DNA of 64,000 nucleotides from Alphaproteobacteria bacterium (GTDB lineage Bacteria > Pseudomonadota > Alphaproteobacteria > SP197), in NCBI GenBank assembly GCA_964291415.2, contig OZ219918.1, positions 288,001-352,000 on the forward strand. Reading direction: 5' to 3'. The translations under genes were made by a program, and so were the position numbers. Below, piece by piece: positions 38,738 through 50,249 of this stretch; positions within the stretch are counted from its first letter, which is position 1; every line of letters starts with the position of its first letter. The notes beneath the pieces were generated by a model. It saw only the letters and a list, made by a program, of their open reading frames with translations, was not told the origin of the DNA and searched no databases.

Positions 38738-39244
38738 TCACGTGATGTTGATGATCTCCTCGTCGGAGATGGTGCCCGGGATGATGACAAGGGGGATGGT
38801 GAGGCGGCCAGCGAGATGTCCGGCAAGCCAGGACACCAGCTTGCCGCGGCCTTCCGCGGGGTTCGATCCGACGCACAGGAGGTCGATGGTGGGGTCGTCA
38901 TCGACCGCACCCAGGATCTCGTCGCCAATGCGGCCTTCGCGCACCAGGAGTTCCGGCATGACGCCTGCCCAGTCGTTGACGTCTTGCGCGAGCTCGTTGA
39001 GCAGTGCCTCCGCGGCCTCGAGCTGCTCCTCGCGCATCATGTGTTCGACGCCGGACCACTGCCTGAAATCCACGGGCTGTACGACGTGGAGAAGCGCGAC
39101 CCGGCCATGGGTGTTCTTGGCTCGGCGGCAGGCGTAGTGCACCGCCACCCGGCTCGGAGGCGAAGCGTCGACGCAGACCAGGAACTTGACCTGTCCGGCG
39201 ACATGTCCGGGACGCCCGGCGTCCCTTGGCGTTGTCTCGCTCAT
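38738..39244 (-). CDS. Universal stress protein
   Basis: KFLVCVDAS, LLHVV and LTIPLVIIPG motifs, the alphaproteobacterial Usp type usually found next to nifU. Confidence 0.88.
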   Translation of the reverse strand: MSETTPRDAGRPGHVAGQVKFLVCVDASPPSRVAVHYACRRAKNTHGRVALLHVVQPVDFRQWSGVEHMMREEQLEAAEALLNELAQDVNDWAGVMPELLVREGRIGDEILGAVDDDPTIDLLCVGSNPAEGRGKLVSWLAGHLAGRLTIPLVIIPGTISDEEIINIT

Positions 39245-39266
39245 CGTGGCCCGGATTGTGTCATGA

Positions 39267-40004
39267 TCAGGTTCGCCGGAACAGGAGGTTGCCTGTGAGG
39301 CCGGCGATGACGGCAGCGATGACGGCGGCGATGCCGTAGAACTCGGACTCGCGGTGGGCGAAGTTGTAGAGTTCGGCGCCAAATCCTGCCTTGGAAACGA
39401 TCAGCGGGGACGACTGAGCCGCCACCACCTCGCCGTCGCGTATCAGGAAGGTGTCCGCGGCATAGGTTCCCACAGGGATACCCGCCGGAAGGGCGATGGT
39501 GGCCCGGAACAGACGTCCGCCGGAGAGGCTGACGGTGCTCGGTTCCACCGGGTAGAGCCCTTCGGCTTGCTTCAGTTCGATCAGCGCCGCGCGGAATTCG
39601 TCGCGCACGGCGGGTTCCATGTCGGCAGGTTCGAGTCGCAGTCCGTCGATGCCGATTTCCAGGACACGGCGCATGTCGGCATCGACAATCTCCACGAGCG
39701 GGCGCGTCGACGCAACGCCGTAGAAACCGGGAACGGACCGGAAAACGGCCGACTGGGCATTGATCCAGATGCCGAAGACCGGCGCCTTCTTGCGGACCAC
39801 CACCTCCCGGCGCGGTCCGCGAACGACGACGACGATGTCGCCTTCGTTCTCGATCGCTCCGAACACCAGGATCTCGGTTCCGTCAAAGTCGGCGGTGATA
39901 CCGATTGCATGGTGCGACAGACCCGCCATGATCTCCTGGGCGGCGGGCTTGCCGGACCCCGCTGAGACCGCCACAAGGAGCGCAAGGGCCACCAGGCGTT
40001 TCAA
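39267..40004 (-). CDS. TIGR02186 family membrane protein
   Basis: ITADFDGTEILVFGA, GIWIN, VPGFY and LFRATIALP motifs. TTGA overlap with the upstream TauE gene, its usual partner. Confidence 0.85.
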   Translation of the reverse strand: MKRLVALALLVAVSAGSGKPAAQEIMAGLSHHAIGITADFDGTEILVFGAIENEGDIVVVVRGPRREVVVRKKAPVFGIWINAQSAVFRSVPGFYGVASTRPLVEIVDADMRRVLEIGIDGLRLEPADMEPAVRDEFRAALIELKQAEGLYPVEPSTVSLSGGRLFRATIALPAGIPVGTYAADTFLIRDGEVVAAQSSPLIVSKAGFGAELYNFAHRESEFYGIAAVIAAVIAGLTGNLLFRRT

Positions 40005-40924
40005 TGGAACCCCGTCGGCGACAGGGAGTAGAGACTGGCGGGTTCGGCCACCAGGCGCCACAGCAGGGTCGCGCACACACCCAGGACGACAAGAGCCAGA
40101 AGTCCGCGCAACTCCTCGCCGCGCAGCTCCGCCCCGACCCTGGTGCCGAACTGGGCGCCGAAAACGGCTCCCAGCGTCAGGATGCCTGCCAGCATGACAT
40201 CGACCGTCTGCGTGCTGGAGGCGTGCAGGAAGGTCGCGGTGGCCGTCACGAAGGTGATCTGGAAGAGCGATGTGCCGATGACAACGCCGACCGGCATGCC
40301 GAGCAGGTAGATCATGGCCGGCACCAGGAAGAAGCCACCGCCCACACCCATGATGGCGGCGAGAATGCCGATGACGAACCCGAGCATGATCGGCAGCACG
40401 GCGCTGATGTAGAGCCTGGATGTGCGGAAGCGCATCTTGAAGGGAAGGCCGTGGCCCCAGTGATGCACATGGGCCTTGCGGCGCACGTTCGTGCCGCTGC
40501 GCCGGCGCAGGATGGTGCGCACCGCTTCCACCATCATCAGCGTCCCGATGGCGCCCAGCATGACGACGTAGGAGATCGAAATCACGAGGTCGATCTGGCC
40601 GATCTGGCGCAGGATGCCGAACAGCCACACACCGAAGATCGAACCGAGCACGCCGCCGGCGATGAGGACGCCGCCCATCTTGAAGTCGACCTGGCGCCGC
40701 CGCCAGTGCGCCATGAAACCCGAAACGGAAGCCGCCACCACCTGGTTCACCTCGGACCCCACGGCCACGGGGGGCGGGACACCGATGAAGATGAGCAGGG
40801 GAGTCATGAGAAATCCGCCGCCGACCCCGAACAGGCCCGACAGAAAGCCGACCGCGCCGCCCATGCCGAGCAGGAGAAAGATGTCGACGGACATCTCCGC
40901 GATCGGCAGGTAGATCTGGAACAT
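40001..40924 (-). CDS. Sulfite exporter TauE/SafE (TSUP) family protein
   Basis: QIYLPIAE, GLFGVGGGFLMTP and GTSLFQI motifs. Confidence 0.92.
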   Translation of the reverse strand: MFQIYLPIAEMSVDIFLLLGMGGAVGFLSGLFGVGGGFLMTPLLIFIGVPPPVAVGSEVNQVVAASVSGFMAHWRRRQVDFKMGGVLIAGGVLGSIFGVWLFGILRQIGQIDLVISISYVVMLGAIGTLMMVEAVRTILRRRSGTNVRRKAHVHHWGHGLPFKMRFRTSRLYISAVLPIMLGFVIGILAAIMGVGGGFFLVPAMIYLLGMPVGVVIGTSLFQITFVTATATFLHASSTQTVDVMLAGILTLGAVFGAQFGTRVGAELRGEELRGLLALVVLGVCATLLWRLVAEPASLYSLSPTGFH

Positions 40925-41041
40925 GGCGGTGGTCGCTGGTTACCGGCGTCTCATCCCTTGTGCGCCTGCCTGCTGCCGGAGACAAGGGATGCGGGCAAGA
41001 AAATGCCCGTTTGCCAGCGTTGGGCCTGCCGTGACCGCCTT

Positions 41042-43381
41042 CTAGTCATCGCCAGGCGGCGGATTCGCGAGAACCTCGCGCTTTCCGACGTGATTGGCGG
41101 CACTGACCACGCCGTTCTTCTCCATCTGTTCGATGATCGAGGCGGCGCGGTTGTACCCGATCTGCAGGTGGCGCTGGATGAAGCTTGTCGACGCCTTCTG
41201 TTCCGTCGTGACGATGAAAACGGCGCGGTCGTAGAGCGCCCGGTTCTTGTCGGGTGCTCCGCCGGCAGCCAGGTCGGGCAGGGAGTCGCCGACCTCCAGG
41301 GGTTCCTCCGTGACGGCGTCAAGGTACTCGGGCGTGCCTTGCGTGCGCAGGTAGGCGACAACCTCGCGCACCTCTTCATCGCTGACGAAGGGTCCGTGAA
41401 TGCGTGTCAGCCGGCCACCGCCGCGCAGGAACAGCATGTCACCCTTGCCGAGCAGCTGTTCGGCGCCCTGATCGCCGATGATCGTGCGGCTGTCGATCTT
41501 GGAGGTGACATTGAACGACACGCGGCATGGGAAGTTGGCCTTGATGGTGCCGGTGATGACATCGACCGAAGGCCGCTGGGTGGCCATGATGAGGTGGATG
41601 CCGGCGGCGCGGGCCATCTGCGACAGGCGCTGGATGGCGCCCTCGATGTCGCGCCCTGCGACCAGCATGAGATCCGCCATCTCGTCCACCACGACGACGA
41701 TGAAGGGCAAGGGCCTGTCGGCGATCACCTCCTCCTCGAAACACGGATCACCGGTTCTGGCATCGAAACCGGTCTGCACGGTCCGCGTCAGGGCAGTGCC
41801 TTCAGCAAGCGCTGCGGCGACGCGGGCATTGAAGCCCTCGATGTTGCGCACCCCGATCTTCTGCATGCCGCGGTAGCGGTTTTCCATTTCGCTGACCACC
41901 CACTTGAGGGCCATGACCGCCTTGTGCGGTTCGGTGACCACCGGAGCGAGAAGGTGCGGAATGTCGTCGTAGACCGAGAGTTCCAGCATCTTCGGGTCGA
42001 TCAGGATGAGCCGGCACTCGTCCGGCGACAGCCTGTAGAGGAGGGAGAGGATCATCGCGTTGACCGCCACCGACTTGCCGGACCCGGTGGTTCCGGCGAC
42101 CAGCAGATGAGGCATGTTGGCGAGGTCCTCGATCACCGGGGTGCCCGAAATCTGCTTGCCCAGGGCGATCGGCAGCCTGACATCCGTTCTGGTGAAGTCG
42201 CGGGTCTCCAGCAGCTCGCGCAGAACGACCATCTCGCGGTCTTCGTTGGGAAGTTCGATGCCGAGTACGGTGCGCCCGGGAACAACGGCCACGCGGGCCG
42301 AAACCGCAGACATGTTCCGGGCGATGTCGTCGGCCAGTCCTATGATGCGGTTGGCGCGTATGCCGGCATCGGGTTCGAGTTCGTAGAGTGTCACCACCGG
42401 GCCCTCACGCACATCTTCGATGTGACCGCGAATGCCGAAGTCCGACAGCACCTCTTCAAGCATCCGCGCCCTCTCGATCAGTGCGCTCCGGTTGACCTCG
42501 CGTCGTCGCGACGAATCGACATTGACCAGGAGTTCGCGGGGAGGAAGCCGGAAGGTGCCGTCATGGCGTTGCTCCTTGCGCGGCGCCGTCCGCCGCTTGC
42601 CGGGGGATCTCCCTCGGTCGACCACCGTTCCGGAACCCTTTTTGCGGGGCTTCTTGCGATCGGGGCGCCGCGACAGATCTCCCCGCGGTATCGGGAACTC
42701 GGGAACCGCATCGCCGTGGCTTGCACGCGCACTGCCGCCGGCACGCCACAGCGCAATCTTCTGTTTCAGTCGCACGAGACCACGCGCCGTGGCGCGGCAC
42801 GCTCGCCAGACCTGCCTGACGTCCGCCCAGGGCAAGGCCGCGGCGAATACCAGAGCGGCCAATGCCGGCACATGGAGAGCCAGGGCATAGTGCTGTGCCA
42901 TGGCGAGAGAAACTCCGAGCGTCTGCGCAGCCCAGGTCACCGCCAGGGTCCCGCCGATGCCGCCCGCACCGGCAACGAACCATCCGCTCACCGGTGTCGC
43001 CGCAAGAGCCGGCATGGCGAGGACTGTCGCCGCCAGGATCGCGAGCGCGCGCCAGACCGGATAGGTGAGCCGGTGACGGGCGATGAGGGAACGCCCCCAT
43101 GCAAGCAGCACGACGATCGGCAGGAGACCGGCGAGGCCGGTGAACGTGAGGACTGCTTCGGCCACGGTGGCCCCTGTGGCACCGGCAAGGTTGAGCACGG
43201 GTCCGTCCGTCACGTGATTGAGTGACGGATCGGCAGCCTCGAACGTTACCAGAGCCAGGATGAACCAGCCGGCGACTGCGAGACAGGCGACGCCCAGGGC
43301 CTCTATCAGCCGCCGGTTCATCCACGCCATCGCTGTCGCCGGAAGCAGGTTGGGAAAGGAAGATGCCGGTCGTGTGGCCAT
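41042..43381 (-). CDS. ftsK: DNA translocase FtsK
   Basis: N-terminal TMs, [27 protein letters not shown] and gamma-domain LQIGYNRAA motifs. Confidence 0.97.
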   Translation of the reverse strand: MATRPASSFPNLLPATAMAWMNRRLIEALGVACLAVAGWFILALVTFEAADPSLNHVTDGPVLNLAGATGATVAEAVLTFTGLAGLLPIVVLLAWGRSLIARHRLTYPVWRALAILAATVLAMPALAATPVSGWFVAGAGGIGGTLAVTWAAQTLGVSLAMAQHYALALHVPALAALVFAAALPWADVRQVWRACRATARGLVRLKQKIALWRAGGSARASHGDAVPEFPIPRGDLSRRPDRKKPRKKGSGTVVDRGRSPGKRRTAPRKEQRHDGTFRLPPRELLVNVDSSRRREVNRSALIERARMLEEVLSDFGIRGHIEDVREGPVVTLYELEPDAGIRANRIIGLADDIARNMSAVSARVAVVPGRTVLGIELPNEDREMVVLRELLETRDFTRTDVRLPIALGKQISGTPVIEDLANMPHLLVAGTTGSGKSVAVNAMILSLLYRLSPDECRLILIDPKMLELSVYDDIPHLLAPVVTEPHKAVMALKWVVSEMENRYRGMQKIGVRNIEGFNARVAAALAEGTALTRTVQTGFDARTGDPCFEEEVIADRPLPFIVVVVDEMADLMLVAGRDIEGAIQRLSQMARAAGIHLIMATQRPSVDVITGTIKANFPCRVSFNVTSKIDSRTIIGDQGAEQLLGKGDMLFLRGGGRLTRIHGPFVSDEEVREVVAYLRTQGTPEYLDAVTEEPLEVGDSLPDLAAGGAPDKNRALYDRAVFIVTTEQKASTSFIQRHLQIGYNRAASIIEQMEKNGVVSAANHVGKREVLANPPPGDD

Positions 43382-43384
43382 GAC

Positions 43385-44587
43385 TCAGCTCCCTTCTGCC
43401 AGTGTTTCCGCAAGACGGGTCAGACCTTCCCGGGTGGAGTCGTGATCGCCCACCAGCGCCACCCTGATGTAGGGCAGCGCGTCATTGGTGCCATCGGCGT
43501 GATCCTCCGCGAGGTAGGCGCCAGGGAGAACCTTGACGCCGGCTTCGGCCCACAGCTTCCTTGCGGCCTCGATACCGTTGCCGACATCCAGCCACAGGAA
43601 GAAACCGCCGGGCGGCCTGAAGAATCCGAAACGGTTGCCGAGAACGCGCTCGGCCATGTCGATCTTCTCCCGGTAGAGTCGGCGGTTCTCCTCGACGTGA
43701 GCCTCGTCGGACCACAGCACCTCGGCGGTGCTTATGACGGCCATCGGGCTTGCCGCCGCTGCGTACCTGCGCAGGCGCATGTAGGCGGCGATGAATTCAG
43801 GGTCGCCGGCCACGAAGCCATGACGCAGACCGGGAATGCTGGAGCGTTTGGACAGTGAATGGAAGCAGACGACATGTGACAGATCGCCGTCTTCGGCACA
43901 GACCTGCATGACGCCGGGCGGTGGCGCGCGATCCCAGATCTCGGCATAGCACTCGTCCGAGACAAGCAGGAAGTCGTGCCGCCTGGCAAGGTTGACAACC
44001 CGCCGGAGATAGGCGGGCTCAGCCACCGCGCCCTGAGGGTTGGCAGGTGAACAGAGGTAGAAGATGGCCGTTCTGTCGAGGACATCATCGGTGAGACTGT
44101 CGAGATCCGGCAGAAATCCGGTCTTCGAGGTGCAGGGCATGAAGACCGGTTGCGCTCCGGCTGCCACGGCACCCGCCTTGTAGGGCGGATAGAAGGGATT
44201 GGGCATCAACGCCAGCGGCGTGCCGTTCGCCCGTGTTGTCGGCACGGCTGCAAGCGCGATCATGAAGAGGCCTTCCCTGGTTCCCTGGACCGGGATGATG
44301 CTCCGATCGGAGTCGATGAAGCCATCGGCGAGACCATAGCGTCGGGAGAGCCAGGCGGCCATGGTGCGCCTCAGGCCTGGTGTGCCCTCCACGGGGGGAT
44401 ACCTGCCGTAATCCGCGAAGGAATCAGCCAGCGGCTGGCGTGCAATCTCCGGCACACCATGGCGCGGCTCGCCGATCCACATCGCGATCGCCTCGCTGGC
44501 ACCGTCAGGCAAGGGAATATCCTTGATGAGCGCGTTCATGCGCCGGAATGGATATTCCTTCAGGGTTTCAAGTCTGTCGCTGATCAT
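43385..44587 (-). CDS. Class I/II aminotransferase (DapC-like succinyldiaminopimelate transaminase)
   Basis: YPFRR, IGEP, CSPANPQG, DECYAEI and HSLSKRSSIPGLR motifs. Confidence 0.85.
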   Translation of the reverse strand: MISDRLETLKEYPFRRMNALIKDIPLPDGASEAIAMWIGEPRHGVPEIARQPLADSFADYGRYPPVEGTPGLRRTMAAWLSRRYGLADGFIDSDRSIIPVQGTREGLFMIALAAVPTTRANGTPLALMPNPFYPPYKAGAVAAGAQPVFMPCTSKTGFLPDLDSLTDDVLDRTAIFYLCSPANPQGAVAEPAYLRRVVNLARRHDFLLVSDECYAEIWDRAPPPGVMQVCAEDGDLSHVVCFHSLSKRSSIPGLRHGFVAGDPEFIAAYMRLRRYAAAASPMAVISTAEVLWSDEAHVEENRRLYREKIDMAERVLGNRFGFFRPPGGFFLWLDVGNGIEAARKLWAEAGVKVLPGAYLAEDHADGTNDALPYIRVALVGDHDSTREGLTRLAETLAEGS

Positions 44588-44689
44588 GCTGTCATACCGC
44601 GGCTGGTCGGGAGTGTCGCATACATCACCCCCTGAAATCAAAATCTTCTTTGTTGATGGTCTGTTAAGCTGTGTTCCTCCCGGCTTTGG

Positions 44690-45565
44690 TCAACTTTCGC
44701 GCTGGCGCGCCAGGGATTCCCTGCGGGCGACATAGAGACCGGCAAGGACGATGATTGTGGCGCCCGCCCATGTCCATGTGTCCGGAAACTCGCGCCAGAA
44801 GACCCAGCCATAGAACGTGGCGCCGACAATCTCGGTGTAGATGAAGGGCGCCAGCAGCGAGGCCGGCGCCAGGGTATAGGCCCTGATGACGAGACCGTTG
44901 CTGCTTGACGAGAGAAGGGCAATCACCGCAAGCGCCACCCATTGCCAGCCGACCGGTGACTGCCAGTACCACGGGATCATCGCCGCGAGCACCCCAAGGG
45001 TGATCAGCGATGACCATAACATCATGTTTGCAGTGGAGTTTCTCACGGATATCTTGCGAGTGATGACAACGTAGACTGACCAGATCACGACCGCCAGCAC
45101 CGGCCAGATGGCACCCCATCCCATCAGTCCCGAACCGGGGCGCACGATGATGAGACCACCGACGAGACCGACGACACAGGCGCCCCAGCGATGCCATCCG
45201 GCACGTTCACCGAGAAACACGTGGGCCATGGCTGTGATCATCAGGGGACCGACGAAGAGAATGGCGATGAGATCGGCGAACTGGAGGACCTTGAGTCCGC
45301 TGTAGAACGTGTAGCCCATGGCGAACTGGCACGCGGAACGGGCGATCTGCCAGCCCGGATCGGCGGTCCGGATTAGGCGCAGCGGATTGGGCTGGCGCGA
45401 CACCAGCAGCGCCATGACCACGAGGCCGCCGGCCTGGAACACCATGATCTGGAAGATCGGCAGATCCTGGATTGTCCACTTTGCCAGGGCGTCGGAGGAG
45501 TTGATCAGCAACAGCGACACCAGCATCAGGACGATGCCGGCGGCGTGTGGATGAAAGCGGGTCAC
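44690..45565 (-). CDS. DMT/EamA family transporter
   Basis: About ten TM segments, FLGER, IIVRPG and APFIYT motifs. GTGA overlap with the amidase. Confidence 0.88.
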   Translation of the reverse strand: MTRFHPHAAGIVLMLVSLLLINSSDALAKWTIQDLPIFQIMVFQAGGLVVMALLVSRQPNPLRLIRTADPGWQIARSACQFAMGYTFYSGLKVLQFADLIAILFVGPLMITAMAHVFLGERAGWHRWGACVVGLVGGLIIVRPGSGLMGWGAIWPVLAVVIWSVYVVITRKISVRNSTANMMLWSSLITLGVLAAMIPWYWQSPVGWQWVALAVIALLSSSSNGLVIRAYTLAPASLLAPFIYTEIVGATFYGWVFWREFPDTWTWAGATIIVLAGLYVARRESLARQRES

Positions 45566-46920
45566 GAAGGCAGCTGTGTCGTTCCGGCAGCCTCGACGGC
45601 TCTGGCGAGACGCAGCAGGGCCTCCTCCCTGCCGGGCCGTTGCATCAGCATCAGGCCTGCCGGCATGCCGGACGCGTCGGTCCCGCATGGCAGGGTGACA
45701 GCGCAGACCTTCAGCAGATTGCCCGGCGTCGTGTTTGCGAGCATGGCGGCGTTCGCTTCCCTGTACGCCTTCTCGTCCTCAAGAAGATCGGCGATCTTCG
45801 GCGCACTGATGCGGACAGTGGGGGCCACCAGGGCATCGCAACCGCCCAGCCTGCGGTGGAGCCTGTCGGCCAGGGAGTCGAGTTCACGCAGGATCTCCAG
45901 AACCTCGTGCCCGACCTGGGCCTTGCCGGAGAGGAACCGGGGCAACATGAAGGGAAAGATCTGATCCGGCCTGTCGCTCACCACATCGGACCAGCGCGAC
46001 CAGGCATCCGTCGCGATCAGCCGGCCCGCGACCTCAATCGCCCGCGCGAACTCGTCGACATCCTGCCATTCGACGTCTGCGCCGGCAGCGTCGAGTCGCG
46101 AGAGGGCCTCCCGGCAGGCGTGGTCAATGCCCTCATCGATACCGCGCCACATCGGCGAGGCGACCGCGACCAGGCGCTTGCCTCTGAGCCGGGCGCCGTT
46201 GAGGTCAGCCATCGTTCTGCCCGAGAGGACCGACCACATGGCGGTGGCATCGGCCACGTCCGCGGCAAGCGGTCCGATGGTGTCGAACAGCGAGGCCAGT
46301 GGCATCACGCCGTCCATGGGGAGTGCGCCGATGGTGGTCTTGAGACCGACCACGCCATTGAGGGAAGCGGGAATGCGCACCGACCCTCCGGTATCGCTGC
46401 CGATCGCGATCGGGCCGAGTCCTCGTGCAACGGCGACACCGGCTCCGGACGAAGAGCCTCCGGGAATGCGCTCGACGGCCGTGTCGTGGGCATTGGCCGG
46501 AGTGCCATGGGTCGTGTTGATGCCGAGTCCGGAGAAGGCGAATTCTGTCATATTGGTCTTGCCAAGGAAGATGGTGCCTGCCTGGGTGGCGCGCTGCAGC
46601 AGGACACCGTCGCGCTCGGGCACGCGGCCCTCAAGGGCCCGTGCCGCCATCGTGGTCTCGACACCGGCGACATCCACCAGATCCTTCCAGGACACCGGAA
46701 CGCCGTCGAGAGGTCCCCGTCCCGCACCCTGGCGCTGGCGGCGACGGGCAGCCTGTGCCTCCGCGCGGGTGCGGTCCTCGGAAAGGCGGATGAAGATCCG
46801 CCCTTCGGCATCGAGTGTCGCGATGCGCTCGAGAAAGTGTTCGGCGAGATCCACGGGATCGATCGCGCCACCGGCAATCTCCCTGCCAAGCTGCAGCGCC
46901 GTCATGTCGTGCCACATCAT
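45562..46920 (-). CDS. Amidase signature family protein
   Basis: GVPVSWKD, PGGSSSG and GSDTGGSVRIPA motifs. Confidence 0.92.
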   Translation of the reverse strand: MMWHDMTALQLGREIAGGAIDPVDLAEHFLERIATLDAEGRIFIRLSEDRTRAEAQAARRRQRQGAGRGPLDGVPVSWKDLVDVAGVETTMAARALEGRVPERDGVLLQRATQAGTIFLGKTNMTEFAFSGLGINTTHGTPANAHDTAVERIPGGSSSGAGVAVARGLGPIAIGSDTGGSVRIPASLNGVVGLKTTIGALPMDGVMPLASLFDTIGPLAADVADATAMWSVLSGRTMADLNGARLRGKRLVAVASPMWRGIDEGIDHACREALSRLDAAGADVEWQDVDEFARAIEVAGRLIATDAWSRWSDVVSDRPDQIFPFMLPRFLSGKAQVGHEVLEILRELDSLADRLHRRLGGCDALVAPTVRISAPKIADLLEDEKAYREANAAMLANTTPGNLLKVCAVTLPCGTDASGMPAGLMLMQRPGREEALLRLARAVEAAGTTQLPS

Positions 46921-47015
46921 CGCCCGGCTCCCCTGATGTTCTCAGACGGGTGTCCCCTGCTGCTTGCTACCATTGTCGCGCCGGTGCTGCCAGTGATGAC
47001 GTCGCACGGGATGTC

Positions 47016-48239
47016 ATGTTGAATGGAGCCATGGAATCGCGTTTCGATATCTGTGTCGTCGGCGGTGGCATGAGCGGCATGACGGCGGCCCTTGCCACGG
47101 CACACGCTGGATTCAAGGTGGCCCTGGTGGAAAGGGTACCCCGTCAGACGATTCTCGACGGCTCGTTCGACGGACGCGTATCCTCCATTTCCTGGGGTTC
47201 GAAGCTCGTTCTCGAACGGCTGGATGCATGGCGTGACGTCGTCCCCCGCGCCCAGCCCATCCTGGATATCCGCGTCTCCGATCGCCACACGCCCTTCTTC
47301 CTTCACTACGACCATCGCGATGTCGGTGAACATCCCATGGGATGGATCATGGAAAACCGGGTCCTCCGACAGGCGCTGGATGGCGCGGTGGGCCGCGCCG
47401 GGCGGGTCCATCCGGTATGCGCGCGCGTTGTCGCCATGGAATGCGACGATGCGGGAGCAACCCTGGGCCTTGATGATGGCGCCTCGCTCCGCTGCGGTCT
47501 CGTCGTTGCCTGCGACGGCGCCGGTTCGCCGTTGCGCGCCATGGCCGGCATCGACGCCTGGCATCACGACTACCGGCAGACCGCCATCATCGCCACGGTC
47601 CGTCATTCACGACCACACAACGGTATCGCCCACGAGCGTTTCCTTGCCGGAGGTCCCTTTGCCATCTTGCCGCTGCCGGGAGACCGCTCCTCCATCGTCT
47701 GGACCGAGAACGAGGACGTTGCGAGAAGGGTGCTCGAACTCGATCACAGCATGTTCGCGGAGGAACTGGCGTGGCGGTTTGGCGACTTTCTGGGACCGCT
47801 CGACGTCACGGGACCGGTCCTCGACCATCAGCTTTCCCTGGTGGTCGCCAACCGGTTGACCGGCCGCCGGCTGGCCCTGGTGGGCGATGCCGCCCACGCC
47901 ATCCACCCCATCGCCGGCCAGGGGTTCAATCTCGGCATCCGCGATGCGGCGGTGCTGGCCGAGGTTCTGGCCGACATGGCGCGTCTCGGGCTGGACCCTG
48001 GCGCCGGCGCGGTCCTGGCGGCCTACGCCCGCCGGCGTCGCGTCGATACGTGGATGCTGGTCGCCATGACCCACGGTCTCAACCGCCTCTTTGCCATGCG
48101 ATCGCCTCCGGTGGCGCTGGCCCGCGGCCTCGGTCTTGCCCTCGTCGGATCCATGACACCCGTCAAGCGCCTGCTCATGAAGGATGCCATGGGGGTGGCG
48201 GGCCGCCTGCCGCGGCTGATGACCGGGGAGAGGCTGTAG
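47016..48239 (+). CDS. ubiH: UbiH/UbiF/VisC family FAD-dependent hydroxylase
   Basis: VGGGMSG, ACDGAGS and GDAAHAIHPIAGQGFNLGIRD motifs. Confidence 0.88.
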   Translation: MLNGAMESRFDICVVGGGMSGMTAALATAHAGFKVALVERVPRQTILDGSFDGRVSSISWGSKLVLERLDAWRDVVPRAQPILDIRVSDRHTPFFLHYDHRDVGEHPMGWIMENRVLRQALDGAVGRAGRVHPVCARVVAMECDDAGATLGLDDGASLRCGLVVACDGAGSPLRAMAGIDAWHHDYRQTAIIATVRHSRPHNGIAHERFLAGGPFAILPLPGDRSSIVWTENEDVARRVLELDHSMFAEELAWRFGDFLGPLDVTGPVLDHQLSLVVANRLTGRRLALVGDAAHAIHPIAGQGFNLGIRDAAVLAEVLADMARLGLDPGAGAVLAAYARRRRVDTWMLVAMTHGLNRLFAMRSPPVALARGLGLALVGSMTPVKRLLMKDAMGVAGRLPRLMTGERL

Positions 48240-48252
48240 TCAAGGAGCCGGT

Positions 48253-49533
48253 TCAGGAGCGGCCCTCCTCCTCCTTCAGGGTGCTCAGCACCAGCCAGCC
48301 GGCTGCCAGCAGGACGACGATGACAGCCATGCCGAGGCGCTGGTTTGACGTCGCATAGGTGACCACACCGACGAGAAGCGGCCCGGCGAAGCTGGTGATC
48401 TTGCCGGAGAGCGCGAACAGGCCGAACATCTCGCCGGTCATGTGCGACGGGGCGAGGTGGGCCATGAGAGACCGGCTTGCCGACTGCACCGGGCCGATGA
48501 AAATGCCGAGCAGGCCTCCCAGAATCCAGAACCAGAGCGTCGATTCGGTGATCAGCACGGCGACACTGAGCACGATGAGGGCGGCGAGTGCGACAAGCAG
48601 GGTCCGCCGCGCCCCGATCCGGTCGTCCACCCATCCGAAGACCACGGCCCCTGCGCACGCCGTGATGTTGAGCAGGATGGCGAACAGCAACACCGATTCC
48701 TCGTCCAGGGCGAAGATTGTGGCCGCGTAGACACCGCCCAGGGCAAAGAGTGTGTTGAGACCATCGACATAGAGCAGGCGGGCGATGAGAAACCGGATGA
48801 TCGTCTTGTGCTGGCGAAACTCCCGCAACGTGTCCACGAGTTGCCTGATACCGTTGCGCACGGCCTCTGCCGGAGCCCGTCCGGTTGCCGGCCTGTCTGG
48901 CGTGAACAGGAAGAACGGCCAGCTGAAGACGATGAACCAGAGCGCGGTGACGACGGCGACGAAGCGGATGTGCTCCGCCTCGCCCCGATCCAGCCCGAAG
49001 GGCAGCGGATCGGCCAGAACGAACAGCCCGAGGACCAGCAGGAGACAGGCGATTCCTCCTGCGTATCCCAAGCCCCAGGCCCATCCCGACAGGCGGCCGA
49101 AGCGTGAGGGGTCGACGAGGTCCGGCAGCATCGCGTTGTAGAAGACGGTCGACGTCTCGAAGGCGATGTTGACCACGGCGACGAGAGCCAGGGCCGGAAT
49201 GATCCAGCGCGCATCAGGCGCGCAGAACCACAGCGCCGCCGTCGCCACGACCATGACGAGACTGAATCCAGTGACCCATGGCTTGCGGCGGCCGCCGGCA
49301 TCCGCGATGGCGCCCGCCACGGGCGCCAGGATGGCGATGACGAATGCCGACACCGCGATGCCCCAGCTCCACAGGGCAAGACCCTCCGCCTCGTTGCCGG
49401 CAATCGCGCGGGCAAAGTAGGGAGCAAAGATGAACGTGATGACGATCGTGGGCGTGGGAGAGTTTGCCCAGTCGAAGAGGCACCACGAGAAGATTCCCCT
49501 GGTCCCGGCGGGGCGGATGGTCCGGGTCGTCAC
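48253..49533 (-). CDS. MFS transporter (UMF1/ATG22-like)
   Basis: WCLFDWANS, FYNAMLPD, GRLSGWAWGLGY and QSASRS motifs. Confidence 0.88.
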   Translation of the reverse strand: MTTRTIRPAGTRGIFSWCLFDWANSPTPTIVITFIFAPYFARAIAGNEAEGLALWSWGIAVSAFVIAILAPVAGAIADAGGRRKPWVTGFSLVMVVATAALWFCAPDARWIIPALALVAVVNIAFETSTVFYNAMLPDLVDPSRFGRLSGWAWGLGYAGGIACLLLVLGLFVLADPLPFGLDRGEAEHIRFVAVVTALWFIVFSWPFFLFTPDRPATGRAPAEAVRNGIRQLVDTLREFRQHKTIIRFLIARLLYVDGLNTLFALGGVYAATIFALDEESVLLFAILLNITACAGAVVFGWVDDRIGARRTLLVALAALIVLSVAVLITESTLWFWILGGLLGIFIGPVQSASRSLMAHLAPSHMTGEMFGLFALSGKITSFAGPLLVGVVTYATSNQRLGMAVIVVLLAAGWLVLSTLKEEEGRS

Positions 49534-50126
49534 CTTGACACGTCCCGGCTGATGCCGCCCTGGTGCGCGGGGGAACGGAATTCCGCCAGCCACTCCTTCC
49601 GGTTGATCACGTAGAGAACCTGGGATCCCTGATAGGCAACGACGTCGCTGTCGTACGTGAACCCGAGTCTCGACATCAGGCGCCTCGAGGCGAGGTTGTG
49701 GGGGCTCGTGATAGCCTGGATGCTGCGTGTGCCGAGATCGATGAAGGCATGTTCGACAATCCTTGCGGTGGCTTCCGCCGCGTGACCCCTTCCGGCCGCC
49801 TGGCGGGCGATGGCCCAGCCTGCCTCCAGCTTCTTCGCAGGATCGATGTCGTCGCCGATGTCGATGACAAATCCCGTGTAGCCCATGATGGGCTCGTCGC
49901 TCCGGTCCTTCTCCCGGATGCCCCACATGCCCACATCATGGTGTTCGAAGGCCCACAGTGACCGTTCGACGTAGTACCGGGAGAGGTCACCGGGGTCATT
50001 GGAGCGTCCCGGGATGTCCATGAGATCCCACATGTGCCCCCGGTCCGCAAACAGGTCCTCGAGTGCCGGGAGATCGCCCCTGGCAAGGGGGCGCAGAACG
50101 AGCCGCCTTGTGGCAAGAACCGTCAC
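49530..50126 (-). CDS. GNAT (RimJ/RimL-type) acetyltransferase
   Basis: TRRLVLRPL, EAGW, GRGHAAEA and NLASRRLMSRLGF motifs. Confidence 0.85.
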   Translation of the reverse strand: MTVLATRRLVLRPLARGDLPALEDLFADRGHMWDLMDIPGRSNDPGDLSRYYVERSLWAFEHHDVGMWGIREKDRSDEPIMGYTGFVIDIGDDIDPAKKLEAGWAIARQAAGRGHAAEATARIVEHAFIDLGTRSIQAITSPHNLASRRLMSRLGFTYDSDVVAYQGSQVLYVINRKEWLAEFRSPAHQGGISRDVSR

Positions 50127-50249
50127 ACGCCTGTCACCTCAGCCGTTCACGTGACACTGTGCCGATACGCCCTTCTGCGGGCAACCCCAACCTTGGCAAG
50201 GGAAGGACATGATGGCAGGAATCACCTCACGCCGGAGGCGAAGGAACCG

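Noticed and set aside
40004-43225. 1073-aa plus-strand ORF and other long antisense ORFs (e.g. 57286-59532, 36761-38572, 25948-27732, 9683-11317)
   Set aside because: These are shadow ORFs opposite clearly identified genes, as expected from high-GC codon bias, and carry no motifs.
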